Shown piece by piece: positions 63,577 to 64,000 of a stretch of DNA of 64,000 nucleotides; position 1 is the stretch's first letter; the number at the start of each line of letters is the position of its first letter. The notes under the pieces were generated by a model. It saw only the letters and a list, made by a program, of their open reading frames with translations, did not search any database and was not told the origin of the DNA. Both the position numbers and the translations under genes were made by a program. The stretch spans positions 129,013 to 193,012 of the forward strand of contig BPHB01000003.1 of assembly GCA_026003335.1 (NCBI GenBank), read 5' to 3'. Origin of the DNA: Chitinophagales bacterium (GTDB lineage: Bacteria > Bacteroidota > Bacteroidia > Chitinophagales > CAIOSU01).

Positions 63577-64000
63577 TTATTGAAAAATAATTTTACCTGT
63601 GAGCAGGGTCTGTTTCCCCGAAATATGATAATAATAAATACCAGGGGACAGATCTTCCCGATGAAGAACTATTGTTGATGTGTGGATATTCTCAATCCAC
63701 CGGCAAAGCTTACCTGAAGCATCTTGTAATTTCAGCGAGTAACTTTCTGCCTCCATGTTTTTCATATCTAGAATTACCGAATGCTTTGCGGGTACGGGAA
63801 ATACATGAACTCCCTTTTCCCGGGTTATCCTGGAAGGCGTGTATGTGCTCAGGAGAGTATCCATAAGAATATCGGGTTTTATCTCAGCAGGAAAGGACTC
63901 CGCAATATCAAACGTGGTTACATATAATCGCGATGGATAGCTATGGTATCCTGCCAGCACAAAGTGCTGTGCATCCTTAGTGTGAAAGTCGCGTAGCACA
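63577..64000 (-). CDS. T9SS CTD-containing protein, 3' part only (gene continues beyond the window)
   Basis: The frame is open to the window edge. C-terminal VFPVPAKHSVILDM...GIYYYHISGKQTLLTGKIIFQ. Confidence 0.6.
   Translation of the reverse strand, partial: VLRDFHTKDAQHFVLAGYHSYPSRLYVTTFDIAESFPAEIKPDILMDTLLSTYTPSRITREKGVHVFPVPAKHSVILDMKNMEAESYSLKLQDASGKLCRWIENIHTSTIVLHREDLSPGIYYYHISGKQTLLTGKIIFQ

Noticed and set aside
1-64000. Scan for CRISPR arrays, rRNA or tRNA genes, IS elements, transposases, integrases and phage genes
   Set aside because: None was recognised by eye. The only recombinase is the housekeeping-type XerD next to aroQ. The E1/E2/JAB cassette is not flanked by visible direct repeats or integrase genes, so I cannot call it a mobile island.

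Overview
This 64-kb chromosomal segment looks like a Bacteroidota genome. The evidence is about nine secreted proteins ending in T9SS type-A C-terminal sorting domains (CTDs), SprB-type repeats, a GWxTD protein, a remnant of a gliding-motility type-B CTD, and TAnnTTTG-type -7 boxes. The backbone is housekeeping: mdh, gcvP, photolyase, aroQ, xerD, pyrB, pyrR, purB, topA, an acyl-CoA dehydrogenase, hmgA and hppD. Envelope-modification genes are interleaved with it (sulfotransferase, WbqC, LpxL-like acyltransferase, two GT2 glycosyltransferases, an SGNH hydrolase, an alkylglycerol-monooxygenase-like hydroxylase), along with T9SS cargo genes. I recognised no rRNA, tRNA, CRISPR array or transposase. 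The best candidate for an undescribed system is a tightly packed minus-strand cassette at 23.58-26.37 kb. It encodes a JAB/MPN+ protease (with an extra UBC/RWD-like C-terminal module), a stand-alone E2/UBC-like protein, a 61-aa charged ORF ending in Gly-Phe-Phe, and a ThiF/E1-like adenylyltransferase. There is no recognisable beta-grasp modifier and no CBASS-type partners. Immediately upstream is a radical SAM gene whose SPASM/twitch-like Cys motif sits N-terminal to the CX3CX2C core. Secondary observations are a tandem array of three M43 metalloprotease T9SS cargo genes, two of which share a 668-bp identical 3' block; an orphan frameshifted type-B CTD between them; a PHM/DBH-like copper monooxygenase homolog with a T9SS CTD; and an 11-bp perfect tandem repeat upstream of a 1560-aa secreted glycosidase-like protein. 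All family assignments come from motif recognition by eye. No database search was run.
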